Positions 46,344 to 59,285 of a DNA stretch of 64,000 nucleotides are shown piece after piece (positions within the stretch are counted from its first letter, which is position 1; every line of letters begins with the position of its first letter). The notes beneath the pieces are model-generated. The model was not told where the DNA came from. It did no database searches and saw only the letters and a list, made by a program, of their open reading frames with translations. Source of the stretch: Podarcis liolepis (taxonomy: Eukaryota); NCBI GenBank assembly GCA_965112155.1, contig OZ218099.1, one strand, 5' to 3'. The translations under genes and the position numbers were made by a program.

Positions 46344-49300
46344 TCTTCCCTCTGTTGCCTTCAAATAGATTCTGAATGCATAAAACACAGAGATATGAAG
46401 CATGGCATAAGCACGCTTGGCCTGACTGCAGCTTCTGAGCAAAAGATGACCCGGGTAACCCTACCATCAGTAGCAATCACTACTCTGGTTTTGGGCGGGG
46501 GGAACACACATCTGAACATGGAGGACAGAAAACTAAATAAAGGATCAAGTTTTGAATTCCCTGATTTGAATTTCAGTGGTGAACCCTTATCACTTTTAGA
46601 GCAGTCTCAGCTGATTAGCTCTCCTCCACCTCCACATTTTTTCATTTTTTTAAAGACAAACTTCCTAAGAGTGTCATGGTAGACAATCAACCCTAATTTC
46701 CTAGATTTTTCTTCAGTGATTTAATTATGTCCCCATTTGACCTTGTTTACTCCATTCAATAAGCAACCAGCCTGCATTAGCTAAGCATCTTATGTTATCT
46801 TTCCCTACAGTTTAGCATTTATTTATTTAAATTCTATCCAGCCCTTTCCCCTTCGTCCAAGTGCTCATTGTGGCTAAGTGTTCCAGCTTATAATATGCAG
46901 CCCTGTGCATAGTTTGTCACATGTGTATATTACACAGGTGTACTTCACTACATGTGCATGCTGTAGGAAGTCACAACCAATTGTGGTTTCACACTGCATG
47001 TACTCCATGTTGGAAAACCAAATATTTGTTTATTATCAGCTGTGATTGTGTACATACAGATGGCACATTATTTCCTACATGAAGCAGGAATGAGGAACCT
47101 TTTTCAGCTGGAGGGCCACATTTCCCTTTTGAACAAGTTTCTGGGGCCACATGCCACACTACTTCTAATAATTTGGCCACATACTAAATGTAATCACAAA
47201 CAATTGTCCCCCTACATTTTCCAAGGAGCTAGTTTTTGCCATGTTTCAATAAAAATGTCAGCAGATGGAAGTCATCCTTGGAAGTTCCTCATAAAGTGCT
47301 TCTTGGAAAAGCCTCTTCAAATTCTGCCTACCTTAAATTAAAATTAAAAAAAAACAACTTAGAAGAGGCTTTTCCTGAACACTGGCCTTTTGAGGACACT
47401 TGTAAGCAATTCCTGTGTGCTGGGAAGGAACCTTCAACCTATCTAGTTCCTGTGTTCCAAAGAGGCAATCACAATTTTGTAATCCTTCTCCCCTAATATC
47501 CCCCCTCTCCCCATACGGTATATTTCGGGTGGAGCTGCACATCCACACAATAGCTGCCTCTCCAGAGTACAAGATTAAATCTTGCCCCCGCCTTTTTTGG
47601 GTCATCCATAATTTAAAGCAAATGTAAAATCCTGCCAAATCAAGGTGATGCTGTGAATCTTCCGTTGTGTGAAGGGAAGAGGATTGGCAGCTGCACTGAT
47701 CCACTGACGGCAGCCTTCCCAGCAATGTGTCACAAAGCGTTTTAGGAATGATTAGTTGTGCTTTGTCACTTCTTTGTGATCTTTGGGTAAACGATTAATA
47801 ACTATATACGAATGTGACGTGAGAAAAGCCACAAGTCAGTGCCTGAGTTAAGGACTGACATCAGCTTTCTGCCGTAGACAACTAAGCCACAATCCAGCAC
47901 AGAGTCGGGCACACTTAAGCCTCTTGAAAGAAGTAAGTTGTGCAGTACTGCACAACCGTACGTGTCTCAATAGGACTTACTCCTCACCTCCCCAGATATC
48001 TGTGTATAGGATTGCAGCTTAAGTGCACCTAACTGCGATCAATTGTAGTCCTGGTTGTGTATAATTACCTCCAAACTGTGAGCTTTTCACTTTGAGTAGT
48101 TATCACAGCGTGGAACCAGGGGAGGGAAGGAAAGAGGGGAAGCTTAGTGGAGAGGTGTGTGTGTGTGTGTGTGTGTAGAGTGGGAGGTCCTATGCATAAG
48201 AAGTAGTTTTCTTTCTCTTTCAAAATTACAAAGTGCTCACTTTTAAGTAGTAAACACACCTCAATACCTCCCACCCGTGGAGTGGAAGAATGCATGAATC
48301 TTATTAAGCCATATAGTAAATCCTTGTCAACTCTGTAGCATCTCTAACATGCATTCTTTCCATGTTCAAACTGTGCTGCTTGGAGACCTTTGGAAATAGG
48401 TCTGGGGTGGGAAGCCTGTGATTTTCCAGATCTTGTTGGACCCCAGGTTTCATCAGCTGCAGCCAATGTGGCCAATGGTCGGAGGTCCAGCAACATCTGA
48501 GGGCCACAAGTTCCTGAAATAAGTAATATGTGAGCTATGTCTGGACACCAAACGTTTGAGTCATACTCCAAGAATAGGTCTGAGACATTGAGTGCTTTCT
48601 TTCCAGGCTGCCACGACAAGGAAAGCCTTGCTGAGCTAGATGCCCAGTGAAATGAAAGGAGGCTGTGCACAGAAACAAATCTTGGACGAAGTTCCTGACA
48701 TAGCAGACAGCGACAATGCATGTCGTGAATATTTAGGGAATTTTAAAATGATCGTTTATACATCAGTACTCCCTGCCACGAGCAAACTAAATTATTTTAC
48801 CAAGGCACTTGATTTATGCTGCAAATCTATGGATGCTTTCTTCTAAGTGAGTAAGCACCATTAAACACAGTTTACTTCTGAGAAGCAATGCACAGGAACA
48901 CACAGATTCTGTGCCACTTTCCCAAGCATAACCGATAACAGGGCTGGAGCCCAAACTTAGAGGCAGGCTGCTGGTGCATTTATCAAGTCCATTTGTCAAG
49001 CTTCTTTTCCTAAAATGTAAAACCAATAGGATGGTGAAATCTGGGGAATGTTATAGAATAGGAACATGGTGCAAACAGACCAACCCAAATATCCAAAAGG
49101 TTTTGGTGTATTGGGGGGGGGACCTTAAGTTGTGCTGGTTTATACCAGGGATGAGAAACCCTGCCTACTGCCCCCCAGGGACTCATGTGGTGGTGTGGGT
49201 AAGTGGTCAGGTGCTGCATGCCAGTTGGCATGGCTGGCACAAGCAGTGAGGGCGCATGTGATTGACAAGCTGCAGGTTGGCTGCCTGTGATTTACCTAGT

Positions 49301-50140
49301 AATAAACCCCCTGAGTATTAGCAGTGTGTCAGTATGAAAAATGAGAGTACAGTATCAGTTCAACCACATCCAGACTTTGCAATGCCCTATTCCCCTGACT
49401 GCACCACAACCAGGAAGACCCAAACATCATATTAAAATGCAAGCTATCTCCAAAGCATGTGATCTTCATTAGTAAATCAAAATTCAACAACCCTGGATTT
49501 TTAAGCATAAGTCAAAACATCATTATAGGATTCCACTGCAGTCCCAGCATCTTGCTTTCCAAATTGTATCTGCTTGTACAGTGCTGAAAGTAGCAACCTG
49601 CAGGGAAGCTGCAGAAATGCTAGAATTTCAAGACAACCAATAGGCAGCCTTGTCTACTGAGTAAAATCCAGCAAATGGATTTATGCATTGAGCAAGTCTG
49701 GGACATACAAATTGACCTTCATTAATGCCAAACCAACAAGGGTCAGAATGTAAATTTAAAATGCTTCTCCGCTTTTCTTTCTTTCCTGCATTAATGTTTA
49801 GCTGCAGGTAGAAATGGCAGAAGAATTCCAAAATGCTATCATAGCAGGGGTGGAAAACCTCTGATGATGCAGTTGCTGTTGGACCACAACTCCCATCATC
49901 CCTGAGCATTGGCCATGCTGTTTGGGGGCTGATGGAAACTGGAGTCCTTCAGGATCGGAGGTTCCCCACCCCTGCTTTAGGGCCATGCATGAAGATGCCC
50001 TGTGCCCAGTCTTTTCCAATGAGAGCCAGGGTTTTGGGAGCCTGTCACACTGGCCAGTCATATTAAGCACATATGACTAGCATCCAACATATGAAGAGGC
50101 AGCAAGTCAATACTGTCCTGGAGAGAGTTGGGTTACCTAC

Positions 50141-50183
50141 CAGAAAAATTCCGGGTTGCTAGCATTGTAGTGAGGATTGCACC
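50141..50183 (-). CDS. CAMK2A: CAMK2A exon, GAILTTMLATRNFS(G) (CaM-binding region, Thr305/306)
   Basis: tttcag| ... |gtagg; 43 bp. Confidence 0.96.
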
Positions 50184-52636
50184 CTGAAATACACAAAAGA
50201 CAAAAAGAAAACGGGGAAGCAAGAAACATCACTGGGTTCAGAATCAGACCCATCCCTTCCCCCAACCCTAGTCTCCTTCCTCTTAAAGGCATCTAGTGGA
50301 AAATGGAGCTGGCTGGGGCTCCAAGAGGGATGGCTCTTTGGCATGGTTCCAGGGGTATGATGAATATAGTTCGGAGGTGGTATTAATAGATATAGCTAAC
50401 TGTTTGCAGAAAACAAGTCACTGGATAGTGGCTCAGGGATTTTTAACTACTCTGCAAGTTTCTCAATGATGGCAGCAGGGGTTTATTATAGCCACCTTAT
50501 AGAGACTCAGTATCCTTTCTTGCAGTGTTAATGGGATTTCATCCTCAGATGAACAAGCAACCTCCATGCTCTGATGAGACCAGGACAACTGACAAGTTTC
50601 TAGCAGTCACTGATGAGGAATTCCCATTGCGTCTCAAGGGGAACTCCCCATATCTCATCTCCCCATAGAAGCTGCAGTAGCACCTAGACTCTACTAGACA
50701 CATCAGTGATAGAAGCCCCCTGCCCTGCCTGAGAATAACCTGCTTTCATATTGTTCAGAGCTGTGCCCAAGCCCCAGAATGCTACATGGTACTCCCAGAC
50801 TTGATATATTGTGAAATTAAAAAATACTGGGCATTGAGAGACAGATCTATATACCGTATGTGGCATGGTTTGTTTGTTTTAAAAAAGCAATTCAATTTTA
50901 GCACCTGATAATAAAATCTACCACAGCTACCACTATTTCTACTACTATTACTACACATATCTGTTCTCACATAGCATATTGTCCCATAGATGTCAAAGAG
51001 CAGATTGGTCTCCTCACATCCATTTTATAGATGGGAAGACTATGGTACAGTACTGAAGTAACATCTTCAGAGCCATTCTCTGCAAGTTAATAAAAGAACT
51101 GGTTATAGATCCCTGCTCTCCTTTGCCAAGCATTTAACACCGACTATCTCTCAGTTGCGACTGCCTGTTTTCTTACTGGAAAAGAAAACATCTCACAAAA
51201 GGAAGGGGCACTACTGTGCATAAAACTGTTTCTACTTTGTCAAAGAAAAACAGGACGTAGACACACATATTGGCGCTGGATAAAGATGCCGAGCTGTACC
51301 CGGACATTCTCTGTCCACTAGCACAAGAGCTCTTGTTGTACTAAAGTGCAGGTGAGTTTTAATGTTGCGCAACAGTTAAATCCTGTGCAACAGCTAAGCT
51401 AGCGAAAACTTCTTGTGCAGCGGATTGTTCAACCTGTGCAACAAAGTTACAAGCAACCTGCTAATGCCTTCTCTTCCACAACAACGTTCTGCAGTTGGAA
51501 AACATTTCACCAGTGGAACAAGTGTACCACTAGGGGATTAGAAAGTGCCATGTCAGATACACCCTGCATGATGGAACTTAGCATTTACTCCCACTGGTTG
51601 CAGAGGACTCAAAACATCCATCCAAATACAACTTTCCAAGTGAAAAAGGTCAACTGGGCTATGCCTCTTTGATACTCTTGGTCTCTCTCCTCATTTTTGT
51701 GGGTAGGTGCGGACACACAGAGCATTTCTCAATTTCCCAATCAATTTCATGAGCTAGTAAGAAGACATGTATAATAGGATTACATTAACATAATTGAAGC
51801 AGTAACAGATTACTGGAGGAAAAGTAAACACAAATCATTATCTGTTTCCTTGCTCAGTAATCTTATTAGCCTCCAGCCCTGAGGCTGGAAACTTGCACAG
51901 TATTCAAAGGAAGAATAACAGCATGTGGAGATATCCAACAAGGCCTCGGAGGAAGGTGCTGATGATAGCACTGGTGGCAATAAACTTCTTAGCCGATACT
52001 GAACCTTCCCCCTGGGAATAGGACTGGCGGACAGTGATTTGAAAATGGTGAATTTGGACACTGATCCCAATTTCATTGTCTTGAAGGACGTTCCATGGAA
52101 ATCAATGGAAGTGCCCTTAAGGAATTCAGATTCAGTGATTCCTAGGAAGCAACTTCAGTTTGTCCTAGAATCCTTTAAAAAAAGGGGTTTAGTCTAATCA
52201 GTGTTCACTTTTCAGGAATTATTTTAGTGGACTTTATCAAAGAGCAGTCCTTGACATGCCAAGAAATGGTGACACTGTAGGCACTGCAGGCTCGAGTGAG
52301 CCTGAAATGGGTTGTCCCTTCTGCAGCCACTAGCATCTAGTTATACAACAACAATCAATGGGGGCAGTGGGGAGCCACTGCTCTACTTTATCCTTTGTCA
52401 TTCAGTGCATACAACCCGAAGACTTAATTAAGACATCTAGGAAGGCCTTTCCTTTCTCAGCACAAAGGTGGCCATTCTGAAAGCCAATTTCTTGGAAGCC
52501 TCACAGCTTTCTTGGAAAGTCAATTCTTTGGAAACCTTTATGAACACAGGAAGGCAGATGAAATGGAAAAGAGTCTGGTGATGTACACCCATTTCCTAGA
52601 AGACCACCCACAAGTCAGAGAAGAGGCATGGATTAC

Positions 52637-52720
52637 CTTTAGCTTCCTTCTGGCATTGAACTTCTTCAAGCAGTCCACAGTCTCCTGCCTGTGCATGCAA
52701 GATGCCACGGTGGAACGGTG
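52637..52720 (-). CDS. CAMK2A: CAMK2A regulatory-segment exon, [28 protein letters not shown] (Thr286 autophosphorylation site)
   Basis: ttacag| ... |gtaatc; 84 bp; [16 protein letters not shown] is the alpha-isoform form. Confidence 0.97.
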
Positions 52721-53970
52721 CTGTAAGGCAAAAAGAAAGTTGCTCAGAAATGGAAGGGAATAGAAAATAGAGAGGTTTATCCCCCCCCCAAAACACACAC
52801 ACCCTGCCTTTAAAAAAAAAAAAAAGCAACCTGGCTTCTTTTACTTGTGATATTCCTTGGTTTGCATGAGCCCATGTGTCCTAATCAGAACTTGTTCCCT
52901 GCCCACTGTAACCAGGTAAGATCAGTAAAATCTTTTGGGGAGCCTGCATTTGGAGGCTCCAGCCTTTGCGCAGTGGGTTAGCCTAGATAACTCTCAGCTT
53001 CTTGCACCTTTGTGCAGGATGGTTATTCCATGGCTACACATACAAGTCTGAACTCTGCACCATCTCTGTGTCTCTTGAATGTGCACTCATATATTAGGCA
53101 TAGGTTTGAATTCTCCAAGCAGTAGAAAATAAAACTTTAATGGTTTGTGCAAACTAGTTTTCCTGCTTATTCATTTGTTCCTTCTTTTGCTACACCAGAG
53201 ATTCTGGAGATGGTTCATTAGGTTGATGGTGGCCTCCTCAGTCTGATTCTCTTATGCACTGGTGGCTCAGACTATTGTCCTTTTCGAGCACAACGGACAT
53301 TCAAAGCAAAGACCTGAATATAAATGTTCCAGCCCCTTGGGAAGGAAACCCATAGTTTACCAATCTATGTAATTGTGGCAGCAACACTTGCTAGACAGAA
53401 GTACACAAGTAAAAAATGTTCCAGGAAACTGAGGATATTGCTTTAATGATAAGCAGTGGGGTTTGGGGAAATCAGCCTATATAGGCTCCCTGATTCTGAG
53501 TGGATGAGAGCTAGAGGTTTTTTTTTAAATTAAAAATAAACTTGTCAAAGTCCTCTGTAACAGTTTTATTCCAAGAGCACAGCTGAGTTACAATACGGGC
53601 TGTGGAAATAGTAAAAGTGCATCTCAAACTGTTATTTCTATAGATTAGAATGACTAGGTCTGGTGGAAAACAGGAAAAGTGATTTTAAAAATTATGTGCT
53701 TTGCGCTCCTCTGAAGCTGTTTTTTTTTTTCCTGGGAGCCCGTCTTGATTGCTATAAGTGGACTGCATGAACACAGACACTTAATAAGTGCCATCAGCAA
53801 ATGGTTCAGTGTTTTTTTGGAGCCACATAACTAGTTGCCCATAATAAGCATATACCTATGGCATGTACCTCACGTGATACAATGCTTATTAATCAACATG
53901 TGAACAAATGATTACTCTGCTGTGCGTGTGCTACATAACTGAAATATATTTTGTCCCACTGAGACCCTCA

Positions 53971-54213
<243 letters not shown>

Positions 54214-55499
54214 TCATGCAGTTTGGCCTATTTGCACACTCTCTTTTTCACACGATACAATAATGCGGATTTGAGATAGGGAAGGGATAAAAGCATCCAT
54301 TTTTGTAGGAAATGGTCTCTGACATGCACAGGACACTGTCAGAGTTTGTTAATATTTTTACCGCTGATTTCCACCCAGCAGCTTTTCTTAAAACAAAACA
54401 AAAAAACCCGTTTCACAAGGCCAACATTAAGGCTGGGTGCATTTCTTGCTAATCACAGTCAATACAAGGCAGTAAACATAGCACAGAATGACCACTGGGT
54501 GGGGGCCAGGTGCTGAAAATGCTCTGCCAAACCCTGTTCTCTGCTGAATTGCCATCCAGCTGCAGGTCTGCCAGTTTGTTAACACACACAGAAAAAATAA
54601 AAACATCCACGGAGCAGCCCTGTTGCATGGCCCATTTGGCCTTGGTGTGTACTGAGGGGAAGCCATAAGGCCTTGCCCTTGAACTGTCACAGAGTGGGGT
54701 GGAAGAGGTTGGCAGCTAGAAACTATCAGGACCTTGACCAGTATTTTTTCGGTGTGGATTTTCACAACTGAACTTTGTAAACTTTTATTTCCTACGTTCA
54801 TCCACTTGGTGGGTAAAGCTGGAGGAGAGCCAGGTGCGTGGCTGCAATTTGCATGTTCATTCTAGGTCGCCCCATTTGCCATCTGGCCCAGATCCACTTT
54901 CTTTGTTCCCTTAATGGTCCACCACCCAGGCGATTGCCTCATCTGGAAGCTAGCCTGACTATTCCAAGAATTAGGAGGGGGGCAGGTATTAGAAAGGGCT
55001 TGGTATACAGCCTACTCCCCCTATAAAACTCACAACACTATCAAAAGCCCTGCATGCCTTGGGTACCTGAAGAAAACCTGTTCCTACATAAGCTTGCCTG
55101 CACAGCAAGGGTGTTCCTGAAGTGAGGGAAGTTGCAACCAAAGAAAGGAATATTTTAATTGTCACTTCGTTATGGAAATCCTTTCCCCAGAGACTCTCAC
55201 CTGCTTGGCAGGGGGTTGGACTCGATGGCCCTTGTGGTCTATTCCAACTCTATGATTCTATGATCTTTTCAACAACAGGAAATTGCCTTTTTATCCTCCC
55301 AAGCTTTTTAAGCTTTGAGTTTTAACCATTTAAACCTCTGCTTTTATTTATTAGGGGGGGGGGCTGTGCTTTAATTGGCTTTTTCTGGTTTCTTTCTTTC
55401 TTATACTGTTTTAAACCAATTGCTTAAAGGGTCACATACAAACCCATGAAATAAATAGCTACAAATTACTTCCTTTAAAAAAAGACAAATATCCCCACT

Positions 55500-55659
55500 T
55501 AGCTCACTATATTTTTCCCCTCACAACAACCCTGTGAGGCAGGTTAGGCCAAGAGACTGAGACTGGCCCAAGTTCACTCAGGGAGCATCACAGGTGAATA
55601 GGGATTTGAGTCCAGGTCTCAGAGCCCAACCTACTAACCACTTCACCACACTGGTTCTC
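55500..55659 (-). mobile_element. CORE/MIR-like SINE
   Basis: CCTCACAACAACCCTGTGAGGCAGG..GACTGGCCCAAG..GGGATTTGAGTCCAGGTCTC; partial relatives at ~58030-58125 and ~51010-51150. Confidence 0.7.
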
Positions 55660-55727
55660 AAATAAGCTTTCAGACCTGGTGCTCTGTCTCTCTGTGTGTA
55701 CAAAAAGCGGGAGTTGAGAACTCTTCA

Positions 55728-55913
<186 letters not shown>

Positions 55914-58415
55914 TTATGTAAGCTCCAGCCACACACAGGTGGGAAAAGGGGTTAGTTCAGTGACTCAGAAGCCTGGAGCAGCAGGCCTACACTGTCTGTG
56001 AGACTCAAAACTGAAGAGGATGTGAAAAGGCTCCTTCTTGTCTAAATTGTCAATGATAAGTAGGAGCATTTTTATAGTTCAGGCTGAGTCGTCAGTTAGC
56101 ATCAGAACCTGCCTGTCAGGGGGCACTAACAAATGACCAGCTCACTGAGCAATTGGCTATGTAATTAGCATTCACTCATTAAGTTGTGGGTAGGTTAGAG
56201 CAAGTGTTAACACACATTTTTCAGTGTTTCCCTGTCACTTTCCTTACTGCAAAAAATCCTATGCTTTGAGGAAGCCGTTTCTTGTCCAGTTGTTATCTGA
56301 GGGAAGCACCCTCTGTCCCAAACAAAGAAATCACTTGCCACTTAATTGTCAGATACCGTGAATCCAGTTAGTAAAAAGTATCTTGTCAAGTATCCAGAAC
56401 AGCATCCATTCTAGCTAAGTAACAACATCCAGGAACTGCAACACTGCAGTCTGCTCTGTGGGCTTGTTTAAGCCCAGTCTTTCCTCCATATCAGTTCATA
56501 CAGCTGAACTTGGGTGGGACAAAGAAGAAATCCTATTTCTCACCTACCATTTCTACCTGTTCTCTTACACACTATCAGGTCCCTATGTCTGATCTCAGAC
56601 ACCAAAACACTGTCTGAGGTTTATTATTTTGAAGAAATTTCTTTATCAACAACACACATCACAACTCCCCCTCTCTTTCTGTACGGCATATATGCTGCCC
56701 AGGAAATGTTCTTCCACTCTAATAGGTTTTTTGTATATAGGAATTGAACTTTGAACATCTGGTCTGGGAATGCCTTGGCAAACTTTTGCAAGGATTGGCA
56801 CCGTTATGCATGCTAGCAGCAGTAATGCAACATTCAGACACATCAGACCCTGCTCAAAGATTCTTTTGGAATGAAAATGTAACATCAGGTGTATGTTCCT
56901 CATCTGTTTCCTACAACATTCTGCAACCCAACACAGGAAAAACTGTTCCTTCCATGTGTGTGCTGTGAAAATGAGGCTGAAGGTAAAACGTTTAATTAAG
57001 TGAGTCACTGATGCATCAACATGCCAAATAGGCAACATACACATACAATCTGGCCTCATGAGAAGGCTTGTCCTTTTTTGAGAGCACCATCTGATTAAAA
57101 AAAAAAAAATCACTGAACTTGTGTGATGAGCAACATATTACTGTTGAGACTCATAGAAACTGCCTGAGACTCCACTTAAGACTTATTCTTCAGAAGTGGC
57201 CCTGCTGAGGGGATGACTGCATGTTAAGTCATTGCACCAGGACACAGTTTCAGTTCCTACCATTCAGAAGATCTTTGTTGTTCATTATTCACATCAATTT
57301 TTTTTTAAAAAAACAACACATGCCATAGGAAGCCAGGTGTTTTGCCAGAAAGGAACACATTCCATCTGAAATAGCACCCATTCATAAAGTTTAATTCAGG
57401 CCACCTGCGCTCGCTTTCTGCTCTACTGTAACTGCTTGTTTGGGTTACACAAGTGATTTAGGCTTCCTATGTTTCCTTTTCTCATTCTCATATGGATAAG
57501 AGCTCTTCCCTGAGTCCCAAAAGAATGATGAGGATAAATAGATTATTGAGTGAGAGACTCCTTGATGCTATGGTGAGGGGGGAATATAATGGACTCTCCA
57601 AGTTAACAAGCATCCAGAAACACAATTTTTAATCTCCAAATTGCTCTTGTGGAAGTTACTCTCTGGTGAATGCTAAACCCATAAATCCATAAACTTTGTA
57701 GCATAATGCTTCCTGGCTGCTAGAAGCTCATTCAGCTAGCTAGCCATTCCTCCCACAGGTCATAGGAGTAGGGTTTTGGTTGTAAAATTTTCAGCCCATC
57801 GCTTACAAAACATTTATATGGTTTCCTCTAGTACACATGATTGTGGAGTCACAGATTCATACATGAGTTTCTCATATTGACCAGAACAACTTTGCTATTT
57901 TTACTAAGAGCTTTAAGGACAACAACCCATCAGAGGGAGCGCTGAAGTGGGGAGGGAGCCATGCCAGTGCTTTTACAACTGCATTCAAATACAGAGCATA
58001 AAATATTTCCCTTTGAAAAGCTTCCCTTATTTTATCATCACAACAATCCTGTGAGCTAGGCTGTGAGGAGAGATTGTGACTGCTCTAAGGTCACACAGCA
58101 CTCTAGCCATTGCACCACACTGGCTCACATGGGGGTGAAGAATTCTGGCTTTCCATTTGATCCATGGCAGAGGATGACAATGAATGCTCACATCTTCTTT
58201 CATGATGTGCTACTAGAATTCTGTAGAGTTTATCAGTCCACTGATACTAGTTCACACAGCAGCACTGACATATCTCAGAGGTAACCAAGCCCTGTGAACA
58301 AGCCAGGGACTGCACACAGTACGAAAGATGGTGAGAGAATCACAGCGGCTGCCATCTTATTCCTCAAACTTTTATTTTGCCTGTTTAGCCACTTTCGAAA
58401 CGTAACCTGACTTAC

Positions 58416-58499
58416 CACATGCCCACAAGTCCACAGCTTTGCCATAGGGGTCCTTTCGGAGCACCTCGGGTGAAAGGTAGCCTGGAGTACCTGCAAAAC
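58416..58499 (-). CDS. CAMK2A: CAMK2A exon, (G)[27 protein letters not shown](G)
   Basis: ttctag| ... |gtaag; 84 bp; subdomains VIII-IX. Confidence 0.96.
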
Positions 58500-58792
58500 C
58501 TAGAAAGGCAAAGAGTTACAATATGCAACTAGTTACACATCATGGGGTCCAGCGGAGTCTGCAGCGAAAAGCACAAGGCAGCTATCAGTCGAATGGGAAA
58601 AGAGAATTGCTCTCTAATATTCCCACCAAACCTGATGTTTGTTCTGCACTAGATACATGCTATCCTGGAGCACCTTTGCTGAAAATCACTCCTAATATCT
58701 CTGATTCAGGTCTTCCTGTGCTTGTAGAGCTAGTGCCACAACCTCACTGCCCATCAACAAGAGAAAAGTGTAGGTAGTCTTGTGGTAACCTG

Positions 58793-59285
58793 ATATTGGT
58801 TTCCGGGCCCAATTCAAAGTGCTGGTTTTGACCTGTAAAGCCTTAAACAGCTCAGGACTGCAATACCTCAAGGACCACCTCTTTCCATATGAACCTACCT
58901 GGACCCTGAGATCATCTTCTGAGGCCCTTCTTTGTGTGCCTCCTCCTCGAGGTGTCAGGAGGGTAGCAACACAAGAATGGGCCTTTTCTGCAGTGACTTC
59001 CTGTCTGTGGAATGCTCTCCCCAGGGAGGTTTGGCTGGCGCCTTCATTATACACCTTTAGGCACCAGGCAAAAACGTTCCTCTTTAACCAGGCATTTGGT
59101 TGATCCGATTTACATCCTAGGCCCTTTTAAAATGTGCTTTCTTTGGGGGGGGGGTATTAGGTTGCTGTTTTTATTTTCATTAGGTATTTTGTGGTTTTAT
59201 ATCTTGATTTTATTCTGTGAACCGCCCTGAGACCCCCGGGTATAGGGCGGTATATGAATTCAATAAATAATAATTATAATAATAA
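58793..59285 (+). mobile_element. L2-clade LINE 3' fragment
   Basis: ORF2 C-terminal remnant FKVLVLTCKALN..YLKDHL..TLRSS..AFS..LWNALP..FRHQAKTFLFNQAF, stem-loop ACCGCCC..GGGCGGT, (AAT)n tail. Confidence 0.88.

Noticed and set aside
50133-50140. Tandem donor GTAG|GTAA after the GAILTT exon
   Set aside because: Use of the +4 site frameshifts the hub domain; no support beyond the motif
58819-59103. 94-aa ORF as a possible host gene
   Set aside because: C-terminal remnant of L2 ORF2, 5'-truncated and non-functional
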